Positions 1 to 9,390 of a stretch of 31,910 nt of DNA are shown in pieces; positions within the stretch are counted from its first letter, which is position 1; the number at the start of each line of letters is the position of its first letter. The position numbers and the translations under genes were made by a program. The notes under the pieces were generated by a model, which was given only the letters and a program-made list of their open reading frames with translations, had not been told where the DNA came from and made no database searches. The DNA is from an uncultured Desulfococcus sp. (lineage in GTDB: Bacteria > Desulfobacterota > Desulfobacteria > Desulfobacterales > Desulfosalsimonadaceae): assembly GCA_964594105.1 (NCBI GenBank), contig CAZQLG010000001.1:1-31910 (forward strand), given 5' to 3'.

Positions 1-77
1 TTTTACTTACGCCATATATATAAAAAGGTTGTTAAAACAATAATTTATATGAAAAATTAAGTCCATTGCATGTAATT

Positions 78-105
78 CCGGCCATGGGAGAAGTCCCACG
101 GCCGG
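78..105. repeat. GC-rich hairpin (REP-like or terminator-like)
   Basis: ccggccatggga (78-89) - gaag - tcccacggccgg (94-105); arms complementary at 11/12, and the mismatch is a G.U pair on the minus strand. Lies about 170 bp downstream of the minus-strand SBP gene; no U-tract follows. Confidence 0.6.
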
Positions 106-109
106 CTGA

Positions 110-152
110 CCCGCAATTCTCATGAACGAATCAAACTTGTGAGAAATCCGGG
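110..152. repeat. Second imperfect hairpin, possible decayed mini-MITE
   Basis: cccgcaattctcatga (110-125) pairs imperfectly with ttgtgagaaatccggg (137-152). Confidence 0.45.
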
Positions 153-274
153 CCAAATATCTTAATCAGTTTTTTAAAAAAGTTTGAAGATCTCGTTATT
201 TCTTGCCTGAAACAGCTGGTTTCAGTTCCTTCAGTCCATTTAGCCTTCCACCTTCAGCCTTCTACCTAAACTCC

Positions 275-1444
275 TTATTTCAACAATTCCCAGGTGCCGT
301 CTTTAATCTTTACCATGACAAATGCTTCCGGGCTCAGACCGTTATGATCTGTTTGGCTAAAGTTGAAAATACCGCTGACACCCACATAATTTTTTGTGCT
401 TTCTATGGCTTTGCGGATTATTTCTTTGTCGCCGTTACTGTTTTTAAGGGCGGCTGCCAGTATCTTTACCGCATCATAGGCGTAGCCGCCAAATCCGGAT
501 ACGGCGGAGTCATATTTTTTTCCATAATCAGTGACGTAAGCATTGAGCGTTTCTTTTTGGGGGTCACTGTCCGGAAGAAGCCCGGCGACCAGGATTTTTC
601 CGGTGGGCAGCATGATGCCTTCAGCCGCAGAACCGGCCAGTTCAATAAATTTGGGAGAGGCAACCCCATGGCTTTGGTACAAGGGAATATTTAAGCCGAG
701 TTGCTGCATATTTTTTGCCAGAACGGCAGGACCGGGATTTGTGCCCCAGCAAACAATCGCTTCAGGGTTATCCTGACGGATTTTTGTTAACTGGGCGGTC
801 ATGTCGGTGTCCTTGCCACCGTATGTTTCAGACTTGGCAACCGTTAAACCGAAATTCGGTGCTTGGGCAAGCAGTTGTTCCTTGCCGCTTTCACCAAACG
901 CATTGCCAACAGAAATAATACTGATTTTTTGGGTATTGTTTGCTTTTAAATTTTCATAAATAGCGGCCACCGCCAGAATATCGCTTTGGGCGGTTTTAAA
1001 TATCCATGGATTGATCGGGGAAACAATTTTATTGCCGGCCGCACAGCTGATAAAAGGGATTTTCGCTTTCTGGATCATGGGCATGACTGCCCGGGTTGCC
1101 GGCGTCGTGCTGGGGCCGATAATGGCGACCACGCCATCTTTATTGATCAGTTTTGTTGCGAGCAAATTTGCTTTACCGGGATCGCCTTCCGTATCGTAGA
1201 TTACCGCTTCCAGCATATGTCCGTCAATGCCGCCAGCGGCATTGATCTGGTCAACGACCATTTCCATGGATTTTTTTTCAGGATCACCTAAAAAGGAGGC
1301 CCGGCCGGTTACAGCAAAAATACCGCCGATTTTATAGGGTTTTTTTTCTGATGCGGAAAATGCGGTGGATGTGACCAACAGGCAAGTGATGGCAATAATC
1401 GATAAAATTATTTTCATCGAACGGTTTCGATTGATGGACAACAT
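275..1444 (-). CDS. ABC transporter substrate-binding protein, branched-chain amino acid (LivJ/LivK-like, PBP1) family, about 389 aa
   Basis: Signal peptide (MKIILSIIAITCLLVTSTAFS), KIGGIFAVTG, GGIDGHMLEAVIYD, IIGPSTT and YAYDAV motifs. Start moved from the 1528 TTG to the ATG at 1444 because AAGGAG lies just upstream. Confidence 0.9.
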   Translation of the reverse strand: MLSINRNRSMKIILSIIAITCLLVTSTAFSASEKKPYKIGGIFAVTGRASFLGDPEKKSMEMVVDQINAAGGIDGHMLEAVIYDTEGDPGKANLLATKLINKDGVVAIIGPSTTPATRAVMPMIQKAKIPFISCAAGNKIVSPINPWIFKTAQSDILAVAAIYENLKANNTQKISIISVGNAFGESGKEQLLAQAPNFGLTVAKSETYGGKDTDMTAQLTKIRQDNPEAIVCWGTNPGPAVLAKNMQQLGLNIPLYQSHGVASPKFIELAGSAAEGIMLPTGKILVAGLLPDSDPQKETLNAYVTDYGKKYDSAVSGFGGYAYDAVKILAAALKNSNGDKEIIRKAIESTKNYVGVSGIFNFSQTDHNGLSPEAFVMVKIKDGTWELLK

Positions 1445-1490
1445 AATTTTTCTCCTTTTTAAATGATTATTCAATAAAAATAATGTCATT

Positions 1491-1650
1491 TGAACAGGTT
1501 GTTGAAAAACGGTATGAGCGCAGGCCAAAGCGAAGATGTGGACAAAGCAGAATTTGACGAAAAAACGGAGTTTATGTTTATAAATGCGTGTTTTGAGTCA
1601 AATTTTAACGCCGTATTGGCAAGTGCAATAGTTTTTCAACTGCCGGTTAA
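1491..1650. repeat. About 160-bp MITE/REP-like element with terminal inverted repeats
   Basis: Left tgaacaggttgttgaaaaac (1491-1510) versus reverse complement of right arm ttaaccggcagttgaaaaac (1631-1650): 16/20 identical. The right end overlaps the TAA stop of the ACT gene. Confidence 0.7.
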
Positions 1651-2078
1651 AGTGTACTCAGCGTACTTTCATCAATGATGGTGACGCCGTTATCCATTAA
1701 AATTTTTATGGCTTCTTCGGTTTGATCAAATCTGAAAATCATGATGGCCTTATCCCCGCTTTGCTGGATGAATGCATACATGTATTCAACATTGATTCCG
1801 GCGTTTTTAAGAATATCGAGAATTCTGTGGAGTCCGCCGGGATTGTCGTCAACCTTGACAGCCACAACGCGTGTCTTTCGGACGGTAAACCCTGAATTTT
1901 TAAGCGCTTCTTCTGCTTTCGCATTGTCGTTTACAATCAATCTCAGCACACCGAAATCAGATGTGTCGGCTACCGCCAGTGCGCGGATATTGATATTGGC
2001 TTTTGACAGAATGCCGGTAATATCAGACAGACGGCCTGCTTTGTTTTCAATAAATATCGATATTTGTTCGGTTTGCAT
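1647..2078 (-). CDS. Tandem ACT-domain protein (type associated with phenylacetate-CoA ligase), 143 aa
   Basis: QISIFIENKAGRL and VKVDDNPGGLHRIL ACT repeats, NVEYMYAF; GGAGG RBS; directly downstream of paaK. Confidence 0.9.
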   Translation of the reverse strand: MQTEQISIFIENKAGRLSDITGILSKANINIRALAVADTSDFGVLRLIVNDNAKAEEALKNSGFTVRKTRVVAVKVDDNPGGLHRILDILKNAGINVEYMYAFIQQSGDKAIMIFRFDQTEEAIKILMDNGVTIIDESTLSTL

Positions 2079-2105
2079 GGAACCCCTCCTTTACCAAAAC
2101 AATTG

Positions 2106-3407
2106 TTAAATCTTACGGTTATCAATCACCCGGGCTGCTTTTCCTTCGCTGCGTGCAATGGATTTCGGTTCAGCAAGTTTTACTTTTGCAGAAACCCCAA
2201 GCGTTTCCTTGATATCTTTTGAAATTTTACTTTCCAGCTGCTGGAGCTGCTTGACTTCATCGGAGAAAAGATTTTCTCCAATTTCCACCCGAACCGTTAA
2301 TGTGTCAAGGTTGTCTTTTCTGTCTACAATCAGCTGGTAGTGTGGCTCCACGCCTTCAACCTGCATGAGCACACTTTCAATTTGAGACGGAAATACATTG
2401 ACCCCCCGAATAATCAGCATGTCGTCTGTTCGTCCGCTGACTTTGTTCATCCGAACATGGGTCCGGCCACAGACACATGGCTCCGGATTCAAGGTGCTAA
2501 TATCACGGGTTCGATAACGAATGAGCGGAAAGGCTTCTTTGGTGATGGTGGTAAACACCAGTTCGCCGCTTTCCCCATATGGCAGGGCTTCACCGGTAAT
2601 TGGATTGATAATTTCCGGGATAAAATGATCTTCAAAGATATGGAGACCTTTTTTGGCTTCGATGCATTCGATGGAAACGCCGGGGCCCATCACTTCGCTG
2701 AGCCCGTAAATATCAATGGCATCCATATTCAGTTTTCGTTCAATTTCTTCGCGCATATCTTCGGACCAGGGTTCTGCCCCGAAAACACCTGTTTTGAAAT
2801 GCAGGTCTTTAAAGGAAATCCCCATTTCTTCGGCTGCTTCTGCCAGGTGAAGGGCGTACGACGGTGTTGCGGTTAAAACCGTGGGTTTAAAATCTCTCAT
2901 AATAATGGCCTGGCGCTTGGTATTTCCGCCGGAAACCGGAATTACCGAGGCACCTAATTTTTCCGCACCGTAATGGGCACCCAGGCCGCCGGTAAAAAGT
3001 CCGTACCCGTAAGCATTATGAATAATATCCCCCCGCGTGGCACCGGCCGCTGAAAGGGCGCGGGCCATGAGTTTTGCCCAGGTATCAATGTCTCTTGCCG
3101 TATAGCCGACGACGGTTGGCTGTCCCGTAGTCCCGGAGGAGGCATGAATGCGAACAACATTTGCCATGGGCACGGCAAACATGCCAAACGGATAATTATC
3201 CCTTAAATCCTGCTTGGTGGTGAACGGAATCCGTTTCAGGTCCTTTAATGTTTTTACATCTCCGGGCAGAATGCCGGCGTCATCCAGTTTTTTTTTATAA
3301 AATGGTACGGTCGCGTAGACATGGGAGAGAACCGTCTGGAGCCTCTTGAGCTGAATGGATTCGAGCGCTTCTCTGGGCATTGTTTCATATTCAATATCGA
3401 AAATCAT
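2106..3407 (-). CDS. paaK: Phenylacetate-CoA ligase family protein, 433 aa
   Basis: AMP-binding motif [58 protein letters not shown]; TAAGGAGG RBS. Confidence 0.93.
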   Translation of the reverse strand: MIFDIEYETMPREALESIQLKRLQTVLSHVYATVPFYKKKLDDAGILPGDVKTLKDLKRIPFTTKQDLRDNYPFGMFAVPMANVVRIHASSGTTGQPTVVGYTARDIDTWAKLMARALSAAGATRGDIIHNAYGYGLFTGGLGAHYGAEKLGASVIPVSGGNTKRQAIIMRDFKPTVLTATPSYALHLAEAAEEMGISFKDLHFKTGVFGAEPWSEDMREEIERKLNMDAIDIYGLSEVMGPGVSIECIEAKKGLHIFEDHFIPEIINPITGEALPYGESGELVFTTITKEAFPLIRYRTRDISTLNPEPCVCGRTHVRMNKVSGRTDDMLIIRGVNVFPSQIESVLMQVEGVEPHYQLIVDRKDNLDTLTVRVEIGENLFSDEVKQLQQLESKISKDIKETLGVSAKVKLAEPKSIARSEGKAARVIDNRKI

Positions 3408-3428
3408 CCTTGCCTCCTTATTAAGTTT

Positions 3429-4220
3429 TTAGCCGTTTAAATTCCCCTTAAAGCTCGGTTTTCGTTTTTCGAGAAACGCCCGGGTGCCTTCCTGGGCGTC
3501 CTCGCTGGCTACGCATAGGGCAAATGCGTCGATTTCCATTTTACAACCCGTTGCCAGATCAACATCCAGTCCCTGGTTAATGGTTTGCTTGGCCATATTC
3601 AAAGAAACTTTTCCTCTGGATGTGATACCTCGGGCTGTTTTTCGGGCCTCGTTCATCAGTTCTTCAGGGGAAATAACCCTATTGACAATGCCTATTTGAG
3701 CTGCTTCTGCGGCAGAAATCATTTGACCGGTGAAAATTAGCTCCTTTGCCCTGTTTTTCCCTATGATGCGGGAAAGGCGCTGGGTGCCGCCAAATCCGGG
3801 AATTAGCCCCAGGGTGATTTCTGGGAGCCCGAATTTTGCGTTTTCAGATGCATAAACGAAATCACACGCGAGCGCCAGTTCAAGTCCGCCGCCCAGGGCA
3901 AATCCGTTGACAGCGGCAATGACTGGAATGGCAAGGTTCTGAATCGCTGCCATGGTCTTATGACCGTTTGCCGCAAAAAATTTTGCTTGAAGGGAATTTA
4001 ATCCGGCCAGTTCTGTGATGTCTGCTCCGGCCACGAATGCTTTTTCACCGCTTCCCGTCAGGATCAGGACCCGGATTTCTTCATTGGCGGCAACAGATTC
4101 AACGGCTTGAAAAATTTCATTCAATACTTCCGAATTGAGTGCATTTAATGACTTGGGACGGTTTATGGTTACAATGGCAATATTGTCAATAATCTCAAAA
4201 AGTATGCTGTTGTAGGTCAT
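3429..4220 (-). CDS. Enoyl-CoA hydratase / crotonase, about 263 aa
   Basis: NRPKSLNALN, AFVAGADI, AAVNGFALGGGLELALACD, FGLPEITLGLIPGFGGTQRL (both catalytic Glu present). Start moved to the ATG at 4220 (GGAG RBS). Confidence 0.93.
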   Translation of the reverse strand: MTYNSILFEIIDNIAIVTINRPKSLNALNSEVLNEIFQAVESVAANEEIRVLILTGSGEKAFVAGADITELAGLNSLQAKFFAANGHKTMAAIQNLAIPVIAAVNGFALGGGLELALACDFVYASENAKFGLPEITLGLIPGFGGTQRLSRIIGKNRAKELIFTGQMISAAEAAQIGIVNRVISPEELMNEARKTARGITSRGKVSLNMAKQTINQGLDVDLATGCKMEIDAFALCVASEDAQEGTRAFLEKRKPSFKGNLNG

Positions 4221-4462
4221 ATTTTTCTCCATGAAAATGTTAGATTTTTTTTGTGATGATACAGGTAAATAAATTAAGTTGACAGTTTTGTCAAACACAA
4301 CCATTATTTCAGTTGCTTGAACGCTTTATAGCTTATAGCACATGAATTGATACCATTTCATTTAATATAAGGTGAAAAATGTATCTCTTCATTTGCGAAC
4401 CATTATCGGCACGAAGCAATTGGAAGGGGTCAGTACTGCTAAAACCAGGACTCAGAAAATAT

Positions 4463-4502
4463 AAAAAGGGGGTAGCCGGAATAATTCCCGGCCAGCCCTT
4501 TT
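4463..4502 (-). terminator. Intrinsic terminator of the tRNA-Arg gene
   Basis: Minus strand GGGC-UGGCCGGGA-AUUA-UUCCGGCUA-CCCCC-UUUUU; 9-bp stem including two G.U pairs, a few nt after the tRNA CCA. Confidence 0.75.
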
Positions 4503-4508
4503 ATAAAA

Positions 4509-4585
<77 letters not shown>

Positions 4586-4856
4586 ATTTTGTTGAAAAAA
4601 AATTCAATTAACATGATTTGTTTTTTTTGTCCATATCTAATATAATATTTTATCATATCAAAATATCATATAATATTAAATTAACAAGCACACTGAAAAT
4701 AGTCTGTTTCTTTAATTGAGAATTTAGTAATTGCTACTTATAGTTTATTTTTATAAGCATTGTAATGCTTAAATATAGATAATACAAATCCGGTTATAAT
4801 TTCAAACTTTAAACGCAATGATGTGAAACAATATAAAATTGGTGGTTGATACCATA

Positions 4857-5828
4857 ATGAGTGATGCAAAGAAAAAAAATAATGGCCGGGGCAAGAGCAA
4901 TAAAAAAAAATCCAAGGATATCAATAACTTATCAATAGATGAGACAAGAAAAAAAACAAAGACCGGCAGTGGTAAAAGCCTTGTTGAATATGATCCGCTG
5001 CAGCGTTATTTGTCTGAAGTTAATCAATACAGACTGCTTACCCGGGAAGAGGAAGTCGAACTTGGCAAAAGAATCACTGAGCAAGACGATTCAGATGCCG
5101 CGTTTATTATGGCCACTTCAAATTTAAGGCTGGTGGTAAAGATTGCCCTGGATTTTCAGCGTGTGTGGATGCAGAACCTGCTGGATCTTATCCAGGAAGG
5201 TAATATCGGGCTGATGCATGCGGTCCAGAAATTTGATCCGTACAAAAATGTTAAGTTTTCTTATTATGCCTCTTTCTGGATAAAAGCATATATCTTAAAG
5301 TTCATAATGGACAATTGGCGATTGGTCAAAATTGGAACCACCCAGGGGCAGCGTAAACTTTTTTTCAAGCTTAAAAAAGAAAAACAGAAATTAATTGATG
5401 AAGGGTTTGTTCCGCATACCCAGCTTTTGTCCGATCGGTTGGGGGTTTCCGAAAAGGAAGTAATGGAAATGGACCAGCGGCTTGACGGTTGGGATCTTTC
5501 GTTAGATGCCCCGCTGAGAGAAGATTCTGATACTGAAAGAGGCGCATTTTTAAGTTCCGGTGCGACGTCCATTGAGAGCCAGGTCGCCAAAAAGGAAATT
5601 GAAACTCTTTTACAAGAAAATGTGGCGATATTCAGAACACAATTAACTGAAAGAGAGCTTGAAATATTTGATAAGCGGATATTTACAGACACGCCTTTAA
5701 CTTTACAGGATATTGGTGATAGATATAGTATCTCCAGAGAACGGGTTCGCCAGCTTGAAAAAAGTATTATTAAAAAGATGAAAGTGTTTTTCAAAGAAGA
5801 GATCCCTGATTTTAATTTATATGAATAG
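4857..5828 (+). CDS. rpoH: RNA polymerase sigma factor, RpoH/sigma32-like, about 323 aa
   Basis: DPLQRYL (region 1.2), SNLRLVVKIA, DLIQEGNIGLMHAVQKFDP, RpoH-box-like TTQGQRKLFFKL, region 4 TLQDIGDRYSISRERVRQLE. Start could be 4839 (TTG) or 4857 (ATG). Confidence 0.85.
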   Translation: MSDAKKKNNGRGKSNKKKSKDINNLSIDETRKKTKTGSGKSLVEYDPLQRYLSEVNQYRLLTREEEVELGKRITEQDDSDAAFIMATSNLRLVVKIALDFQRVWMQNLLDLIQEGNIGLMHAVQKFDPYKNVKFSYYASFWIKAYILKFIMDNWRLVKIGTTQGQRKLFFKLKKEKQKLIDEGFVPHTQLLSDRLGVSEKEVMEMDQRLDGWDLSLDAPLREDSDTERGAFLSSGATSIESQVAKKEIETLLQENVAIFRTQLTERELEIFDKRIFTDTPLTLQDIGDRYSISRERVRQLEKSIIKKMKVFFKEEIPDFNLYE

Positions 5829-5867
5829 GAATGAGCTATTCTTAGTTAGTCCAAACCGGGAAAAAAA

Positions 5868-7613
5868 ATGAAAAAGTTGATTGGTACGTTAGTTTTAATT
5901 TGTTTTGTTTTCATGCTTGAAGGGTGCGGCCTGAAGAAAGTCAATTCTGGTGCGTCAGAAGATCATTCTATGGACGCTCAGAGGATAAGCCCGCAGCAGG
6001 CTGAAGAAGATGGACGTTCCGGAAACAGCTATTATTTGTTTATGGAATCTGAATTGTTAAAAGGGCGCGGGCGTCTGGATGATGCCATTTATTTTATGAA
6101 ACTGGCAGTGGAAGAGGATCCTGAATCATTATTTTTAAAAAAAGACCTGGCTATTTTATATCTTCACAAGGAAGAAAATGAAAAGGCCCGGATGATCGTT
6201 GAAGAGATTCTTGTACAAGATCCGGAATCAGTGGATGCCCTGGTGATGTCCGCAACAATAAAAAAGACGTTAAATAAAGAAACGGATGTAAAGCCGATAT
6301 ATGAAAAAGTACTTTTAAATGATCCGAAACGGAAAAATATTTATCATATTTTGGGGAAAATGTATTTTTCAGAAGGTGATATGGATAACGCCCTTCGCGT
6401 ATATGAAAAAATGCTTGACCAGTTTCCCGATAATTATGTGGGATATTATTATATCGGAGAAATTTATGGTTTCAAAGCCGACTACGATAAAGCGGAAGCG
6501 GCGTTTTTAAAAACCCTTGAACTCCTTCCAACGCTGGATGAGGCCCGTCTTGAACTGGTTAAGCTTTATCGGTTAACCAAACAGAAAGAAAAAATAATCA
6601 CCATGTTCGAACAAATGCTGGATCGGAATCCAGACAATATTGTTTCCGCAATCGAACTGGGGCTTTTGTATAATAAAAAGGATGACGACAAAGCAGGGCC
6701 CATTTTAAAAGATTTGGGTAAACGGAGTTTAAGCGATATCAACATTATCGGAACCGTACTACAGTATCTGATCCTTCAGAAGCGGACCAATGATGCCATT
6801 ATTGTCCTTAACGGTATGTCAAAAGGTGCCCCTGAAAGTTCCGAGATTTCGTATGCCGCCGCTATTGTTAATTACGAAAAAGGAAATATGGACCTGGCCC
6901 TTGAAAATTTTAAAGCCGTCAAATCAGATACCCGGTTTTATCAGAATGCCCTGATACACATGGCTATCATTTATTATAACAATGATGATTTTGATACGGG
7001 CATTGCCGTGTTAAAGGAGGCCATGACCAAGGTCCCGGATTCTGTGAAACTGGCATTAATTCCTTATCTGAGTTCTTTTTATAAAGAAAAGGAACTGCCC
7101 GAAGAATCCATCAATTTAATCCGGGAAGGGCTTTTGATTGATCCGAAGAGTATGGACTTGCTGTTTGAATTAGGCGTCATTTACGACCAACAGGGTAAAA
7201 CCGATTTGGCTATTGAGCAGATGGGCGCTGTTCTCGCATTAAATCCGGAACATGCGGACGCGTTAAATTATCTGGGATATACTTACGCAGATAAAGGGAT
7301 TCATCTGGATGAAGCCGAAGCCATGATTAAAAAGGCCCTGTCATATAAACCGGATAATGGGTACATCATTGACAGTCTCGGGTGGGTATATTTTAAAAAG
7401 GGCCTTTTTGAAGAAGCCTTTCAGCAGCTCGAGCGGGCGGTTGAACTCATTCCCGATGATCCGATTGTTTTAGAGCATTTGGGAGATATCTATATTCAAA
7501 TGAATGATCCGGCAACGGCGCATAAATATTACGAACAGGCACTTCAGAAAAAAGATAAGGACAAAAAAGGGTTGCAGGAAAAAATGGATGCATTGAATCA
7601 GAAGGGGTTTTAG
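5868..7613 (+). CDS. Large TPR-repeat (lipo)protein, 581 aa
   Basis: Signal peptide with lipobox-like LEGC; multiple TPR helical repeats; C-terminal ALNYLGYTYAD...NGYIIDSLGWVYFKKG...DDPIVLEHLGDIY, typical of TPR proteins encoded upstream of lolB. Confidence 0.88.
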   Translation: MKKLIGTLVLICFVFMLEGCGLKKVNSGASEDHSMDAQRISPQQAEEDGRSGNSYYLFMESELLKGRGRLDDAIYFMKLAVEEDPESLFLKKDLAILYLHKEENEKARMIVEEILVQDPESVDALVMSATIKKTLNKETDVKPIYEKVLLNDPKRKNIYHILGKMYFSEGDMDNALRVYEKMLDQFPDNYVGYYYIGEIYGFKADYDKAEAAFLKTLELLPTLDEARLELVKLYRLTKQKEKIITMFEQMLDRNPDNIVSAIELGLLYNKKDDDKAGPILKDLGKRSLSDINIIGTVLQYLILQKRTNDAIIVLNGMSKGAPESSEISYAAAIVNYEKGNMDLALENFKAVKSDTRFYQNALIHMAIIYYNNDDFDTGIAVLKEAMTKVPDSVKLALIPYLSSFYKEKELPEESINLIREGLLIDPKSMDLLFELGVIYDQQGKTDLAIEQMGAVLALNPEHADALNYLGYTYADKGIHLDEAEAMIKKALSYKPDNGYIIDSLGWVYFKKGLFEEAFQQLERAVELIPDDPIVLEHLGDIYIQMNDPATAHKYYEQALQKKDKDKKGLQEKMDALNQKGF

Positions 7614-7618
7614 GCCGG

Positions 7619-8404
7619 GTGAAAGAAATTATAAGCCGGGTGAATGCCAACGTCTGCCTGGTCTTTTTTCTGGCCACTGTGCTTTTGCCGGCCTGCTATA
7701 ATATTGTAAAGAAAGACGCCGGATTTAAGTTTCAAAAAGCGCCTTCTGAAGTGAGCCGGTTTCTTTCCATCATTGAACAGAAAAATGATGCGGTAAAATC
7801 TTTTAAGGGCATTGGAAAGATTCGTGTCTGGGACTCAGATAATTCACGGACCTCCCGTGCAGCATGGCTGGGGGCGGATGATGGCCGCCTTCGAATTGAA
7901 TTTCTGGGCCTTCCCGGGCAGCCGGTCGCCAAATTGATATTTGATGGAGACCGATATTCTTTTCAATCCCATATTGATCAGCAGGAATATGGCCAAACAT
8001 GTTCAGATCCGAATTTGGAACTGGTGACCGGCGTCTCTATAAAAACCAGTGAGGTGATTGACTACCTGGCCGGCGGCGTACCGGTATATGAGCATGATTC
8101 TGTTTCGGTGGCGCCGGGGAAATCGGGGGGCAAATCTGTTCTGATTTTCAGGAAACTCTGGCTGGGCGTGGTTGAAAAAATATTTTTCAATGAATCTGTT
8201 CTTGAAAAAGTAGAAATATTTACGTGGGGAAGCAAATCATATCAGGTGGCGTTTAAGGACATAAGAGTCGTTAACGGACATCGTGTCCCGTTTCATCTGG
8301 TCATTACCAATGGGGATGATCAGGGATTCAGTTTTACTGTTGACAGGCACTGGGCGGATATTAACGTGCTGCCTTCTACGTTTGTGATTCCCCCGGCAGA
8401 TTGA
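7619..8404 (+). CDS. LolB-like / DUF4292-like lipoprotein, 261 aa
   Basis: GTG start, lipobox LLPAC, beta-rich body (SFKGIGKIRV, RLRIEFLGLPGQPV, VPFHLVI); follows the TPR gene after 5 bp. Family assignment is by resemblance and synteny. Confidence 0.6.
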   Translation: MKEIISRVNANVCLVFFLATVLLPACYNIVKKDAGFKFQKAPSEVSRFLSIIEQKNDAVKSFKGIGKIRVWDSDNSRTSRAAWLGADDGRLRIEFLGLPGQPVAKLIFDGDRYSFQSHIDQQEYGQTCSDPNLELVTGVSIKTSEVIDYLAGGVPVYEHDSVSVAPGKSGGKSVLIFRKLWLGVVEKIFFNESVLEKVEIFTWGSKSYQVAFKDIRVVNGHRVPFHLVITNGDDQGFSFTVDRHWADINVLPSTFVIPPAD

Positions 8405-8526
8405 TGGCTTTGTAAAAAGTCCAACTGCTGTGTTGCGCTGTATCCTTCGCTTTTTCAATGTACGCTAAGTACGAATCATTGCTCAGGATTTGCGCGCCTT
8501 GCATTTGGACTTTTATACTTTGCCAT
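8402..8526. repeat. About 125-bp MITE/REP-like palindromic element
   Basis: Ends atggctttgtaaaaagtccaa (8404-8424) and ttggacttttatactttgccat (8505-8526) are imperfect inverted repeats; central gtacgctaagtac. The left end matches the 31728 repeat end at 15/16 (atggctttgtaaaaag vs atggcttcgtaaaaag) and overlaps the TGA stop at 8402-8404. Confidence 0.75.
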
Positions 8527-8604
8527 GTGAATCTGATTTTTTACCGGATCATCAAGATTGTTTTATATCTGTGAAGACTTGAAATGTTTTTTGGCGCTGA
8601 TTGA

Positions 8605-9390
8605 ATGAATCATTCAACGAATGTTATCGCTTTGGAGTCCCGGCTGAGGCACTGCACAAATGTCATCACCCTGGGTGTTCGTCCCGGTTTTTCAGACTAC
8701 AGCGAAGAAGAGCGCTCGCTGATAATCAATGCCAAAAAGGTTTATTATCCGTCCTCTTTTTACGCTGATTTGTTTGCTGCCATGGGGAAGAAAATATTTC
8801 CCAGTGTTCACACCTACCGGTTTGCGCAGGATAAAATTAAACAAACAGCACTATTCAGGCTGTTGAATATTCCTCACCCGGCGACCAGAATATTTTACGG
8901 TAAAAAAAGTAGAGAAAAAATATTATCCTGTTTTAATTTTCCGTTTATTGGAAAAATTCCCCGGGGATCTGCTTTGGGCAGAGGCGTATTTCTGATTCAT
9001 AATCAAAAAGAATTGGAAGAATACAGTTGTTTGACAAAAGTGTTATATGTCCAGGAGTACCTGTTGATTGACAGAGATATCCGGGTTATTATCATTGGCG
9101 ATCGAATTGTACATGCATACTGGCGAATTAATCCTCCAGGAGAGTTCAGAAGTAATGTGGCATTAGGTGGGAGAATTGCTTTTGATGAGATCCCAAAAAA
9201 GGCGCTTGCCCTTGCCCTTGATACTGCCCGGCGGTGTGGATGGAATGATGTGGGCATTGATATTTGTGAATGCGGCAATAAATTTTATGTGCTGGAAGCG
9301 AACATGAAATACGGTAAGGCCGGTTTTAAGAAAGCAGGGATTGATTACAGTCGGCTGATGGAGGCAATGATTGGTAATGGCGAAATATAG
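8605..9390 (+). CDS. ATP-grasp ligase, RimK/LysX-like, 261 aa
   Basis: AQDKIKQ, FPFIGKIPRGSALGRGVFLI, YVQEYL, DIRVIIIG, FRSNVALGG, VGIDI, VLEAN. Confidence 0.85.
   Translation: MNHSTNVIALESRLRHCTNVITLGVRPGFSDYSEEERSLIINAKKVYYPSSFYADLFAAMGKKIFPSVHTYRFAQDKIKQTALFRLLNIPHPATRIFYGKKSREKILSCFNFPFIGKIPRGSALGRGVFLIHNQKELEEYSCLTKVLYVQEYLLIDRDIRVIIIGDRIVHAYWRINPPGEFRSNVALGGRIAFDEIPKKALALALDTARRCGWNDVGIDICECGNKFYVLEANMKYGKAGFKKAGIDYSRLMEAMIGNGEI

Noticed and set aside
1490-1678. 62-aa ORF and the 28-aa N-terminal extension of the SBP ORF (to 1528)
   Set aside because: Both run through the 1491-1650 palindromic element; the SBP has a good RBS at 1444.
4795-4800. TATAAT upstream of rpoH
   Set aside because: No matching -35 or extended TG, and the region is very AT-rich, so a chance match is likely.
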